DNA of 64,000 nt from an uncultured Bdellovibrionales bacterium. Lineage in GTDB: Bacteria; Patescibacteriota; Minisyncoccia; Moranbacterales; UBA1568. The translations under genes and the position numbers were made by a program. Below the pieces are notes generated by a model. That model saw only the letters and a list, made by a program, of their open reading frames with translations. It had not been told where the DNA came from and did no database searches. Each line of letters starts with the position of its first letter. The first letter of the stretch is position 1. Of this stretch, positions 41,173 through 52,830 are shown one piece after another. Location of the stretch: positions 41,855-105,854 of the forward strand of contig CAZQLN010000002.1 in NCBI GenBank assembly GCA_964594215.1, given 5' to 3'.

Positions 41173-43581
41173 CTATACTTGCCACTTGTCTCGTTCACCC
41201 TGTTCGTGAACATGTTCATCGCCATATTCTGTTTCATCATCTTCATCTTCCGTATCTACCGTTTTACCGACAAGCACTTTTTTCTTTCCATCTATCATGC
41301 CCACAATGCCATTTTCTTCCAAAAGATTCATCAGGCGCGCGGCTTTGGGATAGCCGATACCGAGGACTGTTTGGAGTGAGGTGGTAGAGGCTTTACCGGA
41401 ATTGATAATGACTTCCCGAGCTCGGATATACATATCATCCTGTTCCGCTCCAGTATCCACACTATCTAAAGCGTCCATCAAAGAATCATCTCCGGTAGCA
41501 TCGGAAAATGGATCGTCGTCTTCTTCATCTCCAAGATCCTCTTTCTGCTTGCGAATAAAGTTGGTCACCCGTTTGACTTCATCCTCAGAAACAAATACAC
41601 CCTGAATGCGCTTAGTTTCAGAGCCTTCTGATGGCGCGTAGAGCATATCACCACTACCTAAGAGTTTCTCGGCTCCACCAGCATCAAGGATTGTGCGAGA
41701 ATCTATGTGAGATTTCAATTGAAAAGCAATGCGGGCTGGAATATTAGCCTTAATCAAACCGGTAATCACGGTTGCCTCTGGACGTTGAGTAGCTAACACA
41801 AGATGAATACCAACGGCACGAGATTTAGCGGTCAGACGGCTCACAATAGCTTCCACTTCTTTGCCATGCTGAGCCATCAGATCAGCCACTTCATCAATGA
41901 CAATTACCATATATGGCAAGTGTTCCATTGGTTCCTCATGAGTGGTGTTGGTTTCGGTACTTACAATAGTTTTTGTATCTCCTCGAGCCACTCTTTCCTG
42001 ATAACCAGCGAGATCGCGACAATGAGCATCTTCCAGAACCTTATAACGTCTCTCCATTTGAGCCACTGCCCATTTCAATACAGTCACCACCTTCTTCATA
42101 TCGACGATAACATCCGTCTGAAGATGTGGAATACCCTTATAGGTCGCAAGCTCCACACGTTTTGGGTCAACTAAGATCAACTTCAGGTCTTGTGGAGAAT
42201 TCTGATACAGAAGTGAAAGTAGTAAAGTGTTGATACAAACCGATTTTCCAGAACCCGTGCGCCCAGCAATCAGAAGGTGAGGCATTTTCTGAAGATCAGC
42301 TACTACGTTCTTACCAGAAACATCTTGACCCAAGACCACCATAAGATTTCCCTTCCGATCCTTGAACTCTCGACTATCGATAATATTACGCAAACGCACC
42401 TTGGCTGTTTGTTTATTTGGTACTTCAATACCAATTAATGACTTGCCTGGAATTGGTGCCTCAATACGGATAGGATGCTTTGCTAGAGCCAAAGCTAGAT
42501 CATTATTAAGTGTTGTGATACGTGAAATTTTAACCCCAAGAGCAGGTGTAAAGGTATATTGAGTTACTGTTGGACCCTCTTTGACCTCACCTGGCTCTAC
42601 TTCAATACCAAAATATTTAAGAGTTTTCTGAATAATACTCTTGTTATGCTCTATGTCGTCTCCTACGATGGCTTTCTCTCCATTAGATTCTAGTAAATCC
42701 TGCGGTGGCAATTCCCAAACATAACGAGAACGACGACGCTTCTTCACTACCGGAACACTCTCATCCTCTTCATCGTCTTCAAAGATTTCCTCATCTTCTT
42801 CATCAAAAGACTCCGTTTTCGTATCATCCAAAAACTCAAGATTCATAATATTATGTTCCTCCATTGGATCAGCTGATACCTCTTCGGAAACTAATTCGTC
42901 TACTGCTTCAATCGGTTCTCCATTTTCATCAAGTAATTCCTCCTCTACTTCTGATTTCTGGAACACTCCTCTGAGCCTCAACCAAATACCTTCCAAGAAT
43001 CCAATCAGTGACATATTGAAAGTCATGATTAATCCAGCTATCAGAAAAGCTAGAAGGAGTATCACACCAGCTACTTTCCCAGCCAAAACAAAAAATCCAG
43101 CCGCTATAGCATACCCTATATAACCTCCCCCTTCTCCCGCTTCCGCAATTTTGAGATACGTCTTCGTATCAGTTCCCAAGAAAAGATGAATCAAGCCCAG
43201 GATAGTCAGATAGATGACAATCAGTCCTACATACTTCACCGCATCTCGCGTAGTGGTTGTCTTACGGATCAACATCATCCCTGACAAACTAAAAAGAAGT
43301 GCTGGCAATAACCACTTACCATATCCAAAAAGCGTACCAATGCCACTATCAATCCAAGTGCCCAGAAGCCCGGCGGCATCAAAAAAACCGAGAACTGAGA
43401 GAAGACCAAAGGTAATCAAAAACACCAAAAGAAGGCTCTTTTTGGCGTCAGTATGAAGAATATTGGCAAAAGCTGAAGATTCTTCTTCGGATTCAGCATC
43501 AATCTTTTTGGATTCTTTTTTCTTTTTGGCCATAACAAAAAAATGGGTTGAAAATACAGATATATCCAGTATATCACCCAA
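41173..43581 (-). CDS. ftsK: DNA translocase FtsK/SpoIIIE
   Basis: N-terminal 4-TM domain, acidic linker, AGRTGSGKSVCINTLLLSL Walker A, C-terminal gamma winged helix; true start may be the ATG at 43533. Confidence 0.92.
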   Translation of the reverse strand: MGDILDISVFSTHFFVMAKKKKESKKIDAESEEESSAFANILHTDAKKSLLLVFLITFGLLSVLGFFDAAGLLGTWIDSGIGTLFGYGKWLLPALLFSLSGMMLIRKTTTTRDAVKYVGLIVIYLTILGLIHLFLGTDTKTYLKIAEAGEGGGYIGYAIAAGFFVLAGKVAGVILLLAFLIAGLIMTFNMSLIGFLEGIWLRLRGVFQKSEVEEELLDENGEPIEAVDELVSEEVSADPMEEHNIMNLEFLDDTKTESFDEEDEEIFEDDEEDESVPVVKKRRRSRYVWELPPQDLLESNGEKAIVGDDIEHNKSIIQKTLKYFGIEVEPGEVKEGPTVTQYTFTPALGVKISRITTLNNDLALALAKHPIRIEAPIPGKSLIGIEVPNKQTAKVRLRNIIDSREFKDRKGNLMVVLGQDVSGKNVVADLQKMPHLLIAGRTGSGKSVCINTLLLSLLYQNSPQDLKLILVDPKRVELATYKGIPHLQTDVIVDMKKVVTVLKWAVAQMERRYKVLEDAHCRDLAGYQERVARGDTKTIVSTETNTTHEEPMEHLPYMVIVIDEVADLMAQHGKEVEAIVSRLTAKSRAVGIHLVLATQRPEATVITGLIKANIPARIAFQLKSHIDSRTILDAGGAEKLLGSGDMLYAPSEGSETKRIQGVFVSEDEVKRVTNFIRKQKEDLGDEEDDDPFSDATGDDSLMDALDSVDTGAEQDDMYIRAREVIINSGKASTTSLQTVLGIGYPKAARLMNLLEENGIVGMIDGKKKVLVGKTVDTEDEDDETEYGDEHVHEQGERDKWQV

Positions 43582-43590
43582 TCAAAGACA

Positions 43591-43627
43591 AAAAAAGCCC
43601 TCTTGCAAGGGCTTCTTCTGTTTTTTT
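43591..43627. terminator. Terminator after rpoC (end of the rpoBC unit)
   Basis: A6-AAGCCCT-cttgca-AGGGCTT...T7. Confidence 0.6.
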
Positions 43628-43658
43628 GAAGGAAAGGAAAAGTTCCCTCCTTAAAATT

Positions 43659-46600
43659 TTAGACTGTTTCCTTCGGAGTATCGCTACCACGATAACCTGT
43701 TCCTGCTGGAATAAGGCGACCGATAATAACATTTTCTTTTAGTCCACGGAGGCGATCTTCTTTACCAGCAATAGAGGCGTTGATAAGAACACGCGCAGTC
43801 TCCATAAATGAGGCCGCCGAAAGGAAAGACTCTGTAGAAAGAGCTACCTTCGTGATACCTAAGACCATCGCTTCTCCAGTCGCCTGCACGCCCTTAGCGG
43901 TACGAGCTTCTTCATTTGCTTCTTCAAACTGATCACGCTCCACTACATCTCCCGGAAGGAGCATGGTAGAACCTGGGTCAATAATCTTAAAGCGTGACAT
44001 CATCTGACGAATAATCACTTCGATATGTTTGTCGTTAATACCTTCACCCTGTGAGGCATAGATTTCTTGAATCTCACGAACGATATAGCGATGAACCGCT
44101 TCCTGACCCATAACTGCGTAGAGTTTCTTGAGATCGATGTGTCCCTCAGAGAGAACTGTACCGACAGCTACAAGGTCTCCTTGTTTAACTTTGAGAGTAG
44201 CGTTGGCAGGAACGCTGTATTCGTAAGCCTGCTTATCAGTGCCACGAACCAGAATTTTAATTGCTTTGACATCTTTCTCAATCGTTTCCACTTGACCGTC
44301 TACTTCTGAAAGAATAGCTTCGGTCTTTGGATTACGAGCTTCGAAGATTTCTTCAACACGAGGAAGACCCTGAGTAATGTCTGATCCCGCCACACCACCG
44401 ATGTGGAAAGTACGCATAGTCAGCTGAGTTCCTGGCTCTCCAATAGCCTGAGCAGCTACGACACCCACGGAAGCTCCGAGCTGCACAATGTTGCTGCGTC
44501 CAAGATCAATACCATAACACATCTGACATACTCCACGACGTGAACGGCAGCCGACGAGACTACGGATCTTCACTGCTGGGATATTGGCATCTTCTACCAT
44601 TTTAGCTTCAATTTTCCCTACCAAAGTATTCTTTTTGACGATGACTTCTTTGGTTTCTGGATGCTTGATAGCATCAATCGTTGTACGTCCTTCAACACGA
44701 CTTGCAAAACTGATACCTACCTTCTCAGAATCTTCTCGATAAAGGAAGGTTCCTTCAGTATCACCACAATCCGTATCACGGACAATGATGTCTTGTGCTA
44801 CATCTACTAAACGACGAGTAAGGTATCCGGCGGTAGCAGTACGAAGAGCGGTATCAGCCATACCCTTACGAGCTCCATGAGTTGAGATAAAGTATTCCAA
44901 CACGTTAAATCCTTCTTTGAAGGAACTCTTAACCGGCAATTCGATAGTCTCACCAGTAGGGCCAGCCATCAAACCTTTCATACCGGTCATCTGGACTATA
45001 ACTGACTCAGATCCACGAGCCTTAGAATACACCATGGCATGTACTGGACCTTCCTTGTCGACCGTGTTACGAACAGCCTCGGTAATCTCATTTTTCGTTT
45101 CGTTCCAAATTTCAATAACTCGGTTACGGCGCTCTTCTCCGGTCAGAAGTCCCATATTGTATTGGTCATGAACTTCCTTGACGCGAATTTCAGCAGCGGT
45201 AATCAGGGCCTTCTTTTCTTTTGGTACCTGCAAATCATCCATACCCCAGCTAATACCAGAACGAGAGACTGACTTGAAGGTCAAATCCTTGAGACGATCA
45301 GCAAATAAAGCTGCTTCACCTTGTCCCAAAGTTTCTAGAATACGTGACATGATGATCTTAAGATCTTTCTTTGTCATTTCTTCATTGATATAACGAATCT
45401 CTTCTGGAAGAATATCATTCAACATCGCTCGTCCAACAGAAGTTTCAATCACTTCTCCTTGGTAGAGAAGCTTGATAGCGACATTGATATCAACATAACC
45501 ATTTTGGAAAGCCATCATCGCCTCGTTGATAGAAGAGAATATCTTACCCTTACCCTTTCCGTCTGGCTTGATATGAGTGAGGTAATATCCTCCGAGCACC
45601 ATATCCAGAGTAGCTGTTACAATTGGTTCTCCTGAAGCAGGCTTGAGGAGGTTCTTAGAAGAAAGCATGATATTAGCACTTTCCTCGCGAGCCTGATCCG
45701 TCAAAGGAACGTGTACCGCCATCTGGTCACCATCGAAGTCAGCGTTGAAAGCGCTACAAACCATCGGATGCAAACGAATAGCCTTACCCTCAATCAAAAC
45801 TGGCTGGAAAGCCTGGATAGACAAACGGTGAAGGGTTGGGGCACGGTTTAAGAGTACGTAGTGATGCTCGATAATCTGGTCAAGGATCTCGTAAGCCTCT
45901 TCAGTTTCAGCATCTACCATTCGTCCAGCGGTACGCACGTTATGAGCGTATTCTTTTTCGATCAGTTTATTGATGATGAATGGCTTGAAAAGTTCGAGAG
46001 CCATCTTCTTTGGCAAACCACACTGATGCAGTTTAAGACTTGGCCCAACAACGATAACACTACGGCCTGAATAATCGACGCGCTTTCCAAGCAAGTTTTG
46101 ACGGAAACGTCCTTGCTTACCTTTGAGGGCATCAGCCAGTGAGCGCAAAGCCCGACGCTGACCAGTAGAGGCAGCTGTTGAGGCTTGCCCACGACGAGCA
46201 CTGTTGTCGAAGAGGGCATCTACTGCCTCCTGCAACATACGCTTTTCGTTACGCGTAATAACTTCGGGAGCGCCGATAGCCATCAATTTCTTGAGACGAT
46301 TATTACGGTTGATGATACGGCGATAAAGATCGTTGAGATCAGAAGTTGCGAAACGGCCACCATCAAGAGCTACCATTGGACGCAGATCCGGTGGAATAAC
46401 AGGTAGCATCGTTGGAAGCATCCACTCAAATTTTAGTTCCGCTTTCTGGAATCCTTGGTACACCTTCAATCGCTGCAACAGCTTCTTTTGATCAACGCTC
46501 TCATTAGCTTCAAGCTCCGCTTTCAGTTCTTCAAGCTTCTCATCAACATTGATGGTTTCAAGAATCTTCCTGATCGCTTCAGCACCAATACCAGCAGTAA

Positions 46601-47264
46601 ACACCTGTCCAAAACGACTTGAGAGGTTGAAATACTCAACTTCAGAAACGATCTGGTATGGACGTAGGTTTTTGATTTCATCTTTAGTATTCTTGTACTG
46701 GTCTTTCAATTCGTCCAGACGAGCTTCAAGCATTTTCTCGTTTTTCTCACCAGCTTTCAATTCTTTTTGCTTTGCCTTGTATTCTTTCTCCAAACTCTCC
46801 AGTGTTTGCTCTTTCAAGTTCTCATTAACATCCATAATGATGTATGACGAGAAATAGATAACACGCTCAAGATCCTGAGGAGAAATACCTAAGACCAAAC
46901 CAATTTTTGATGGTACACCACGAAGATACCAGATATGCGAAACTGGGGTAGCGAGTTTGATATGCCCCATACGTTCACGACGCACAATAGCACGAGTAAC
47001 TTCTACGCCACATTTATCACACACGATTCCATTGTAACGAATGCGTTTGTACTTACCGCAATAACACTCCCAGTCTTTTGAAGGACCGAAAATCTTTTCA
47101 CAGAAAAGTCCATCTGGTTCGTAACGTTGGGTACGATAGTTAATGGTTTCTGGTTTAGTGATCTCACCATGAGACCATTCGAGAATTTGATCGGGGCTCG
47201 CTAGAGTGAGTCGCACGCTGTCGAAATCACTCACTTTCGTTATGTTGTCCATAGGATTGGTCAT
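43659..47264 (-). CDS. rpoC: DNA-directed RNA polymerase subunit beta prime
   Basis: 1201 aa; Zn-finger [23 protein letters not shown]; NADFDGD catalytic motif. Confidence 0.97.
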   Translation of the reverse strand: MTNPMDNITKVSDFDSVRLTLASPDQILEWSHGEITKPETINYRTQRYEPDGLFCEKIFGPSKDWECYCGKYKRIRYNGIVCDKCGVEVTRAIVRRERMGHIKLATPVSHIWYLRGVPSKIGLVLGISPQDLERVIYFSSYIIMDVNENLKEQTLESLEKEYKAKQKELKAGEKNEKMLEARLDELKDQYKNTKDEIKNLRPYQIVSEVEYFNLSSRFGQVFTAGIGAEAIRKILETINVDEKLEELKAELEANESVDQKKLLQRLKVYQGFQKAELKFEWMLPTMLPVIPPDLRPMVALDGGRFATSDLNDLYRRIINRNNRLKKLMAIGAPEVITRNEKRMLQEAVDALFDNSARRGQASTAASTGQRRALRSLADALKGKQGRFRQNLLGKRVDYSGRSVIVVGPSLKLHQCGLPKKMALELFKPFIINKLIEKEYAHNVRTAGRMVDAETEEAYEILDQIIEHHYVLLNRAPTLHRLSIQAFQPVLIEGKAIRLHPMVCSAFNADFDGDQMAVHVPLTDQAREESANIMLSSKNLLKPASGEPIVTATLDMVLGGYYLTHIKPDGKGKGKIFSSINEAMMAFQNGYVDINVAIKLLYQGEVIETSVGRAMLNDILPEEIRYINEEMTKKDLKIIMSRILETLGQGEAALFADRLKDLTFKSVSRSGISWGMDDLQVPKEKKALITAAEIRVKEVHDQYNMGLLTGEERRNRVIEIWNETKNEITEAVRNTVDKEGPVHAMVYSKARGSESVIVQMTGMKGLMAGPTGETIELPVKSSFKEGFNVLEYFISTHGARKGMADTALRTATAGYLTRRLVDVAQDIIVRDTDCGDTEGTFLYREDSEKVGISFASRVEGRTTIDAIKHPETKEVIVKKNTLVGKIEAKMVEDANIPAVKIRSLVGCRSRRGVCQMCYGIDLGRSNIVQLGASVGVVAAQAIGEPGTQLTMRTFHIGGVAGSDITQGLPRVEEIFEARNPKTEAILSEVDGQVETIEKDVKAIKILVRGTDKQAYEYSVPANATLKVKQGDLVAVGTVLSEGHIDLKKLYAVMGQEAVHRYIVREIQEIYASQGEGINDKHIEVIIRQMMSRFKIIDPGSTMLLPGDVVERDQFEEANEEARTAKGVQATGEAMVLGITKVALSTESFLSAASFMETARVLINASIAGKEDRLRGLKENVIIGRLIPAGTGYRGSDTPKETV

Positions 47265-47291
47265 ACGTTTGTTTCTTTAGAGTGTAGTGAA

Positions 47292-50200
47292 TTAAACAGT
47301 GTCTGGCTCATCGGCGGGATCGATAGTTTTCACGCCCTTGAGCTCAACATTAAGACAGAGACCTTTCAACTCATTCACGAGAACGTGGAATGATGCTGGC
47401 AGGTTCGGGCTCTTAATAGCTTCACCCTTAATAATGGATTCGTATGCCTTCGAGCGACCCAAGACATCATCTGACTTGATCGTAAGCATTTCCTGGAGCG
47501 TATGAGCCGCACCATAACCTTCAAGCGCCCATACTTCCATTTCTCCAAAACGCTGTCCACCGAACTGTGCTTTACCACCAAGCGGTTGCTGGGTAATAAG
47601 AGAGTAGGGTCCGATAGAACGCATGTGAATTTTGTCATCGATAAGGTGATTGAGCTTCAGAATATACATCACACCTACCGTAGACTCATTGTCATAGGCT
47701 TCACCAGTCTTACCATTCACAAGACGAATCTTACCGTTTTCTGGTAATCCTGCTTCTTTGAGTTGCCCTTTAATATCTGCTTCAGAAACACCGTCGAGTG
47801 AAGAACTTGCTACTTTATAACCCAAAGTCTGAGCGGCCCAACCAAGGTGAGTCTCCAAAATCTGACCAATGTTCATACGACTAGCTACACCGAGTGGGTT
47901 TAGAATCACATCCACCGGAGTTCCATCTGGAAGATACGGCATATCTTCTACAGCTGCTACCTTAGAGATAACACCCTTGTTTCCATGACGTCCGGCCAGC
48001 TTGTCTCCTACGCTAATCTTTCGCATGTTAGCTACTGATACCTGAATCTGCTGGAAAACACCCATTGGCAGTTTGTCGCCTCGTTCACGAGAGAAGATTT
48101 TAACATCGACTACTTTACCGCGCTCACCATGAGGTAGGTACATAGAAGAGTCCTTAACATCACGTGACTTCTCACCAAAGATTACTCGAAGCAATCTTTC
48201 TTCAGCGGTCAAATCACCCTCACCCTTTGGAGTGATTTTTCCAACCATAATATCACCAGAAGAAATCTCTGCTCCGATACGGATAATACCGTTCTCATCA
48301 AGATTCTTTAGGCGATCCTCACCGATATTCGGAATATCTCGAGTGATCACTTCCGGTCCAAGCTTCGTATCACGAACATCTAGAGAGAAATCTTCAATGT
48401 GAATAGAACTCCAACGATCATTTTGTACGATACGCTCTGAGATAATGATGGCATCTTCGTAGTTGTAACCATCCCATGGTACAAAAGCGACTGTCATGTT
48501 TTGTCCAAGAGCAAGCTCTCCATGATCGGTAGATGCACCATCAGCGAGCAGATCGCCCTTCTTTACCTTCTGTCCCTTCGTCACGCGAGGAACCTGGTTC
48601 ATACTTGTAAATGCGTTTGATTTTTCGAAAGTCTGAAGAATATATTCGTAATCTTTGTATTCTTTCTTTGATCCAGCCGGAGCTTTAGCGCGTACGACGA
48701 TGTTACCACCATCTACGAGAATAACTTCTCCATCAGCATCAGCAAGAACTACCTGTCCGGAGTCACGAGCAGCTTTATCTTCGATACCAGTTCCTACGAT
48801 AGGAGATTCTGGCACAACACAAGAAACTGCCTGACGCTGCATGTTAGAACCCATGAGAGCACGGTTAGCGTCATCATGTTCCAAGAAAGGGATCAAAGCG
48901 GTAGCAATAGAGATGCACTGCTTCACAGAAACATCCATAAAATCTAGAGAACTCGCCTCGATTGTTTCTGGATGGCCTTTCACACGAGCTTCAACAAGTG
49001 ATCCCACAAAGTTACGGTTTTCATCAAGTTCCACTCCTGCATGAGCGATAATTTTACGGTCTTCAACGATAGCATTCAGATATTCGATATCCAATGTCAC
49101 GAATGGACGAACAGCTACGAGCTCGCCTTTCAGTTTATCAGCTACTTTTTTAGCGGTAGCAGCAGTCAGTTTCTCACCAGCCTTAGCAACACCAGCGACT
49201 GCTTCGAGAAGAATACGGTGTTCGAGATCTTCAGGGGTAGCTTTCACTTCATGTTTCACAATCAAGTACGGTGTCTCTAAGAAACCATACTCATTGACAC
49301 GGGCGTAGCTTGCAAGGTGACCTACAAGACCGATGTTTGGACCTTCAGGAGTCTCAATTGGACAAATGCGTCCGTAGTGAGAATGATGAACATCGCGAAC
49401 CTCAAAACCAGCTCGCTCACGAGTCAATCCTCCTGGTCCCATAGCTGAAAGACGGCGCTTGTGTTCAAGCTCAGCAAGTGGATTCACCTGATCCATAAAC
49501 TGCGAGAGTTGAGAGCTTGAGAAAAATTCCTTCACAGAAGCAGCTACTGGTCGAGGGTTAATCAACTGACCAGGGACGACTGTTTCAGGATCACACGTAC
49601 TCATACGATCCTTAATATTGCGCACCATGCGATAGAGTCCTACGCGCAGTTTGTTTTGAATCAACTCACCAACAGCACGTACACGACGATTACCGAGGTG
49701 ATCGATATCGTCAGCACGGCCCTCTGGGTCATTCATCAAACGAATCACCTCACCAATAATCAAAACAAGATCTTCAGTATTCAAGATACGGTTTTCTTCG
49801 GTATCAGCTCTTTCAACAGAGAGACGTTGGTTGAGACGGTAGCGCCCCACTGCCCCAAAGTCATAACGCTCAAAGTTAAAGAACATGGCATCAATCATTT
49901 GTTTAGCATTTTCTTCAGTAGCCAAATCACCCGGACGCAGACGCTTGTAGACTTCACGGTAAGCTTCTCCCTGATTAGTAGTTGTGTCTTTAAGAAGAGT
50001 GTTCTCAATAAACTTGACTGTGCCTGTGTCAATGTCAGCAAAAGCCTCACGCATCTTCTTCTCATCAAAACCAAAAGCACGAAGAAGAGTAGTTACTGGC
50101 AATTTACGCTTACGGTCAATTTTCACTGAAATAACACCATCAGCGTCAGTTTCTACCTCCAACCAAGCTCCACGATTTGGAATGATCTTCGCTCCGAACA

Positions 50201-50693
50201 ACTTCTTACCTTTTGAATATTCCATGGTGAAAAATACACCAGGAGAACGGATCAACTGACTGACCACTACACGCTCTACACCATTGATAATGAAAGTTCC
50301 TCGTTCAGTCATGAGGGGAAATTCCCCAAGATAGATTTCTTGCTCCTTAACTTCTCCGGTTTTCTTCATTACGAGCTGTGCTTTAGCACGGAGGGGGGCT
50401 TCATAAGAAATATTCTTGTTCTTAGCTACCAGAGCGCTATATTTTGGTTCGTCAAGATAGTAGTCAACAATAGAAAGCTCAAGATCCTTTCCAGTAAAGT
50501 CAGTGACTGGGTTGATTTCATCAAAAAGCTCTTTCAAAGCCTTGTCCCAAAACCACTTGTACGAATCTGTCTGGACCTCAATCAAGTCAGGGAGAGAGAC
50601 CGTAATACGATTATTAAAAAAGCGACGCTTGGCAAGGGAAGAGTCCTTACCGAAAGTATCTTTGACACGAAGAGCTTTCTGGGCTTGAGACAT
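47292..50693 (-). CDS. rpoB: DNA-directed RNA polymerase subunit beta
   Basis: 1133 aa; conserved rpoB blocks throughout. Confidence 0.97.
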   Translation of the reverse strand: MSQAQKALRVKDTFGKDSSLAKRRFFNNRITVSLPDLIEVQTDSYKWFWDKALKELFDEINPVTDFTGKDLELSIVDYYLDEPKYSALVAKNKNISYEAPLRAKAQLVMKKTGEVKEQEIYLGEFPLMTERGTFIINGVERVVVSQLIRSPGVFFTMEYSKGKKLFGAKIIPNRGAWLEVETDADGVISVKIDRKRKLPVTTLLRAFGFDEKKMREAFADIDTGTVKFIENTLLKDTTTNQGEAYREVYKRLRPGDLATEENAKQMIDAMFFNFERYDFGAVGRYRLNQRLSVERADTEENRILNTEDLVLIIGEVIRLMNDPEGRADDIDHLGNRRVRAVGELIQNKLRVGLYRMVRNIKDRMSTCDPETVVPGQLINPRPVAASVKEFFSSSQLSQFMDQVNPLAELEHKRRLSAMGPGGLTRERAGFEVRDVHHSHYGRICPIETPEGPNIGLVGHLASYARVNEYGFLETPYLIVKHEVKATPEDLEHRILLEAVAGVAKAGEKLTAATAKKVADKLKGELVAVRPFVTLDIEYLNAIVEDRKIIAHAGVELDENRNFVGSLVEARVKGHPETIEASSLDFMDVSVKQCISIATALIPFLEHDDANRALMGSNMQRQAVSCVVPESPIVGTGIEDKAARDSGQVVLADADGEVILVDGGNIVVRAKAPAGSKKEYKDYEYILQTFEKSNAFTSMNQVPRVTKGQKVKKGDLLADGASTDHGELALGQNMTVAFVPWDGYNYEDAIIISERIVQNDRWSSIHIEDFSLDVRDTKLGPEVITRDIPNIGEDRLKNLDENGIIRIGAEISSGDIMVGKITPKGEGDLTAEERLLRVIFGEKSRDVKDSSMYLPHGERGKVVDVKIFSRERGDKLPMGVFQQIQVSVANMRKISVGDKLAGRHGNKGVISKVAAVEDMPYLPDGTPVDVILNPLGVASRMNIGQILETHLGWAAQTLGYKVASSSLDGVSEADIKGQLKEAGLPENGKIRLVNGKTGEAYDNESTVGVMYILKLNHLIDDKIHMRSIGPYSLITQQPLGGKAQFGGQRFGEMEVWALEGYGAAHTLQEMLTIKSDDVLGRSKAYESIIKGEAIKSPNLPASFHVLVNELKGLCLNVELKGVKTIDPADEPDTV

Positions 50694-50887
50694 AAAAAAG
50701 CGCTCACATCGGTACTCCTTGCTTGAGACAAGTAGGGTCTGTGAGATTATGGATAAACTATTTACAACTGACGTGGGTGGCAGGTCGCACCATCTGCTTG
50801 GAACATTTAGCGGCCGAATACTAACAACAACTTCTGATTTACTCGGACCTGAAGAGAAAAGTAAATCACTTTAAAACAAGTTTTCAG

Positions 50888-50916
50888 AGTATACCAAAGG
50901 AAAGAAATGCTGTCAA
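50888..50916 (-). promoter_or_regulatory. Putative rpoB promoter
   Basis: Minus strand TTGACA (50911-50916), 17-nt spacer, TATACT (50888-50893); implies a ~190-nt leader. Confidence 0.4.
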
Positions 50917-51029
50917 CTAGAAAACAAAACAGAGCTTCAGAGAAGCTTTTTATGGAAAATTTCTTCTTTAAGATGAAGAAGTGTACATTTTTGGTTTTTA
51001 CTTACAATCAGACAAAAAGAACGGAAATA

Positions 51030-51305
51030 TCATCTCTGATCGATAGCAAAATTATACACCCGAGATACAGTTTCGGCAATACGCCTTGACGTGAAGTTTT
51101 CAGGTGCCTCTCCTGTTACCAGGAAACCCCCAATCATCTCAGGCTTTATCTTTATTTCAGAGAGAATCTGCTCAAGACTCACCAGAAGTTGTTTTCCCAT
51201 ATCACGTTCTTCTGGCCAAGATTTTTCCACAATCAACTCATCTCCTTTAAAAAGTTTGAGGATCGAAGAATCATTGTTGACCGTTAGTTGGAAGTTGTAG
51301 GTCAT
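51030..51305 (-). CDS. Hypothetical 91-aa protein, possibly a truncated TsaB/YeaZ-like N-terminal fold
   Basis: GGFLVTGEAPENFTSRRIAETVSRV loosely resembles the GPGSFTGxRIG segment of TsaB; weak by-eye similarity only. Confidence 0.3.
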   Translation of the reverse strand: MTYNFQLTVNNDSSILKLFKGDELIVEKSWPEERDMGKQLLVSLEQILSEIKIKPEMIGGFLVTGEAPENFTSRRIAETVSRVYNFAIDQR

Positions 51306-52039
51306 AATTTATTCCAATCAAAGTTCCAGGGATCAGTTTTGCGACCTGGCGCAATATCATCGTGCCCTACTACATATTTAATACTATATTTACCCTTAAG
51401 GTATCCTATTAAATCTTTTACTGCCTGATACTGAGCCTTCGTATACTCATCATCCTTAGTATTAAGTATCTCTACCCCAATAGAAAAATCATTAACATTC
51501 TTACGACCATCCTGCATCTCACTTTCTCCAGCATGGTAAGCAATACCACTATCACTGACAAGCTGATAGATTGTTCCATCACGAGCTATCATATAGTGCG
51601 GTGAGACTCCATAACTTTTCCAAATTCCTATGACAGCACTGACCGAGTAAGGATCTCCTGTTGGACTATATGAGGAGTGAAGAACTATGGTATCGATCTT
51701 ACGTCCTCCCGTATTCTCGTGACCGAAAGAAACGAGGTTCTCTTTAAGAGCAAAGCCCTTAGGCTCGATCTCTTCTTCTAATTTTGTGGCCGATACAGTT
51801 TCCTTAGTCTGAGATTTTTTTTCCTCCACCACAGATTTCGTCATGGGACCTTTGGTTATACCAGCTGCAAGAGTATCGCGCTTCTCTGGTAACTCCTGAT
51901 CCTTTGTTATTTGTTCGCTATCTGGATTCTCAAAAACTGTAGCCGTCTGACTTCTTTGTTCGTGCCACAAAGCTAGTACTCCAAAAAGGAGCACCGGTGC
52001 TACCACTACACCCAGGGTCATTTTTCTAGATAGTGCCAT
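51302..52039 (-). CDS. N-acetylmuramoyl-L-alanine amidase (amidase_2 / PGRP fold), membrane-anchored; start re-set to the ATG at 52037-52039
   Basis: HYMIARDGTIYQLV..., IAYHAGES..., VVGHDDIAPGRKTDP amidase_2 motifs; MALSRKMTLGVVVAPVLLFGVLAL signal anchor. Confidence 0.8.
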   Translation of the reverse strand: MALSRKMTLGVVVAPVLLFGVLALWHEQRSQTATVFENPDSEQITKDQELPEKRDTLAAGITKGPMTKSVVEEKKSQTKETVSATKLEEEIEPKGFALKENLVSFGHENTGGRKIDTIVLHSSYSPTGDPYSVSAVIGIWKSYGVSPHYMIARDGTIYQLVSDSGIAYHAGESEMQDGRKNVNDFSIGVEILNTKDDEYTKAQYQAVKDLIGYLKGKYSIKYVVGHDDIAPGRKTDPWNFDWNKL

Positions 52040-52106
52040 GCCTTCAGTATACCAAAGATAAAGCCCCCTTGCGGAGGCTCTATCGTCAGTGCTTATTTCA
52101 AGTCTA

Positions 52107-52373
52107 TTATTTCTTCTTTTTCTTGCTATCCCCACTCAAAAGAAGAGCAGCGGCAGCTCCAAGAGCAGCTCCAATACCGGCTGAGATAAGAGCTGCTTTT
52201 TCTGGATTCTTTTTTACGTAGTCATCAGCTTTTTTCATTGTTGACTCTACCTGCTTGCGCGCTTTAGCGATTTCTTTCTCTGCTTGAGCTTTTCTTTTGT
52301 CAATTTCACTCATGACCGCGTCTTTTGCTTTTTCAACACTCTTCTTGTTTGGCATAGCCATACTCTTTAACAT
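52107..52373 (-). CDS. Small coiled-coil protein with a C-terminal TM anchor (DUF883/ElaB-like architecture)
   Basis: 88 aa; KAQAEKEIAKARKQVESTMKKADDYV helix then AALISAGIGAALGAAAALLL TM. Confidence 0.45.
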   Translation of the reverse strand: MLKSMAMPNKKSVEKAKDAVMSEIDKRKAQAEKEIAKARKQVESTMKKADDYVKKNPEKAALISAGIGAALGAAAALLLSGDSKKKKK

Positions 52374-52392
52374 GTTAACTAATTATTAATAT

Positions 52393-52794
52393 CTATCTTT
52401 GTCTGCCCGGAATACTATACCAAACCAGAGCAATCAAAAGAATTGTACCACCAATGATTAATTCTCCTACACCTGTTTTGCCAAGCATTTCATTTATCAC
52501 TTGAGCCAGGCCAACCAGAATAAAAAGTGCTCCGGCAAAAGCGATTCCTACAAAAACTAAAACTCTCAATAATTTACCAAAATACTTCTCTGTATTACGT
52601 CTAGCCTCCCTAAGGGAGTCCATGACAAAATTTTCCACTTTTGATATCAGTGGAGCCATAAGTAAGGTAGAAAAAAGAGCGCCCAGCGCTCCAAATCCAC
52701 TCTCTTCAGTTTTTGAGGTTTTTTTGGGAGCCATATATTCGTCTCTGTATTCCAATAATAGCACAAAAAAAGCTCTTTTGCAAGAGTTACTCAC
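52393..52794 (-). CDS. Hypothetical small membrane protein
   Basis: 133 aa with 3 hydrophobic segments; start may be the internal ATG. Confidence 0.4.
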   Translation of the reverse strand: MSNSCKRAFFVLLLEYRDEYMAPKKTSKTEESGFGALGALFSTLLMAPLISKVENFVMDSLREARRNTEKYFGKLLRVLVFVGIAFAGALFILVGLAQVINEMLGKTGVGELIIGGTILLIALVWYSIPGRQR

Positions 52795-52830
52795 TATTTA
52801 TGGTATAATATTTCTATTAAAATACAGTCT

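Noticed and set aside
49656-50129. 157-aa plus-strand ORF inside rpoB
   Set aside because: Antisense to a highly conserved gene with no start context; the same applies to the other antisense ORFs within rpoB, rpoC, fusA and ftsZ.
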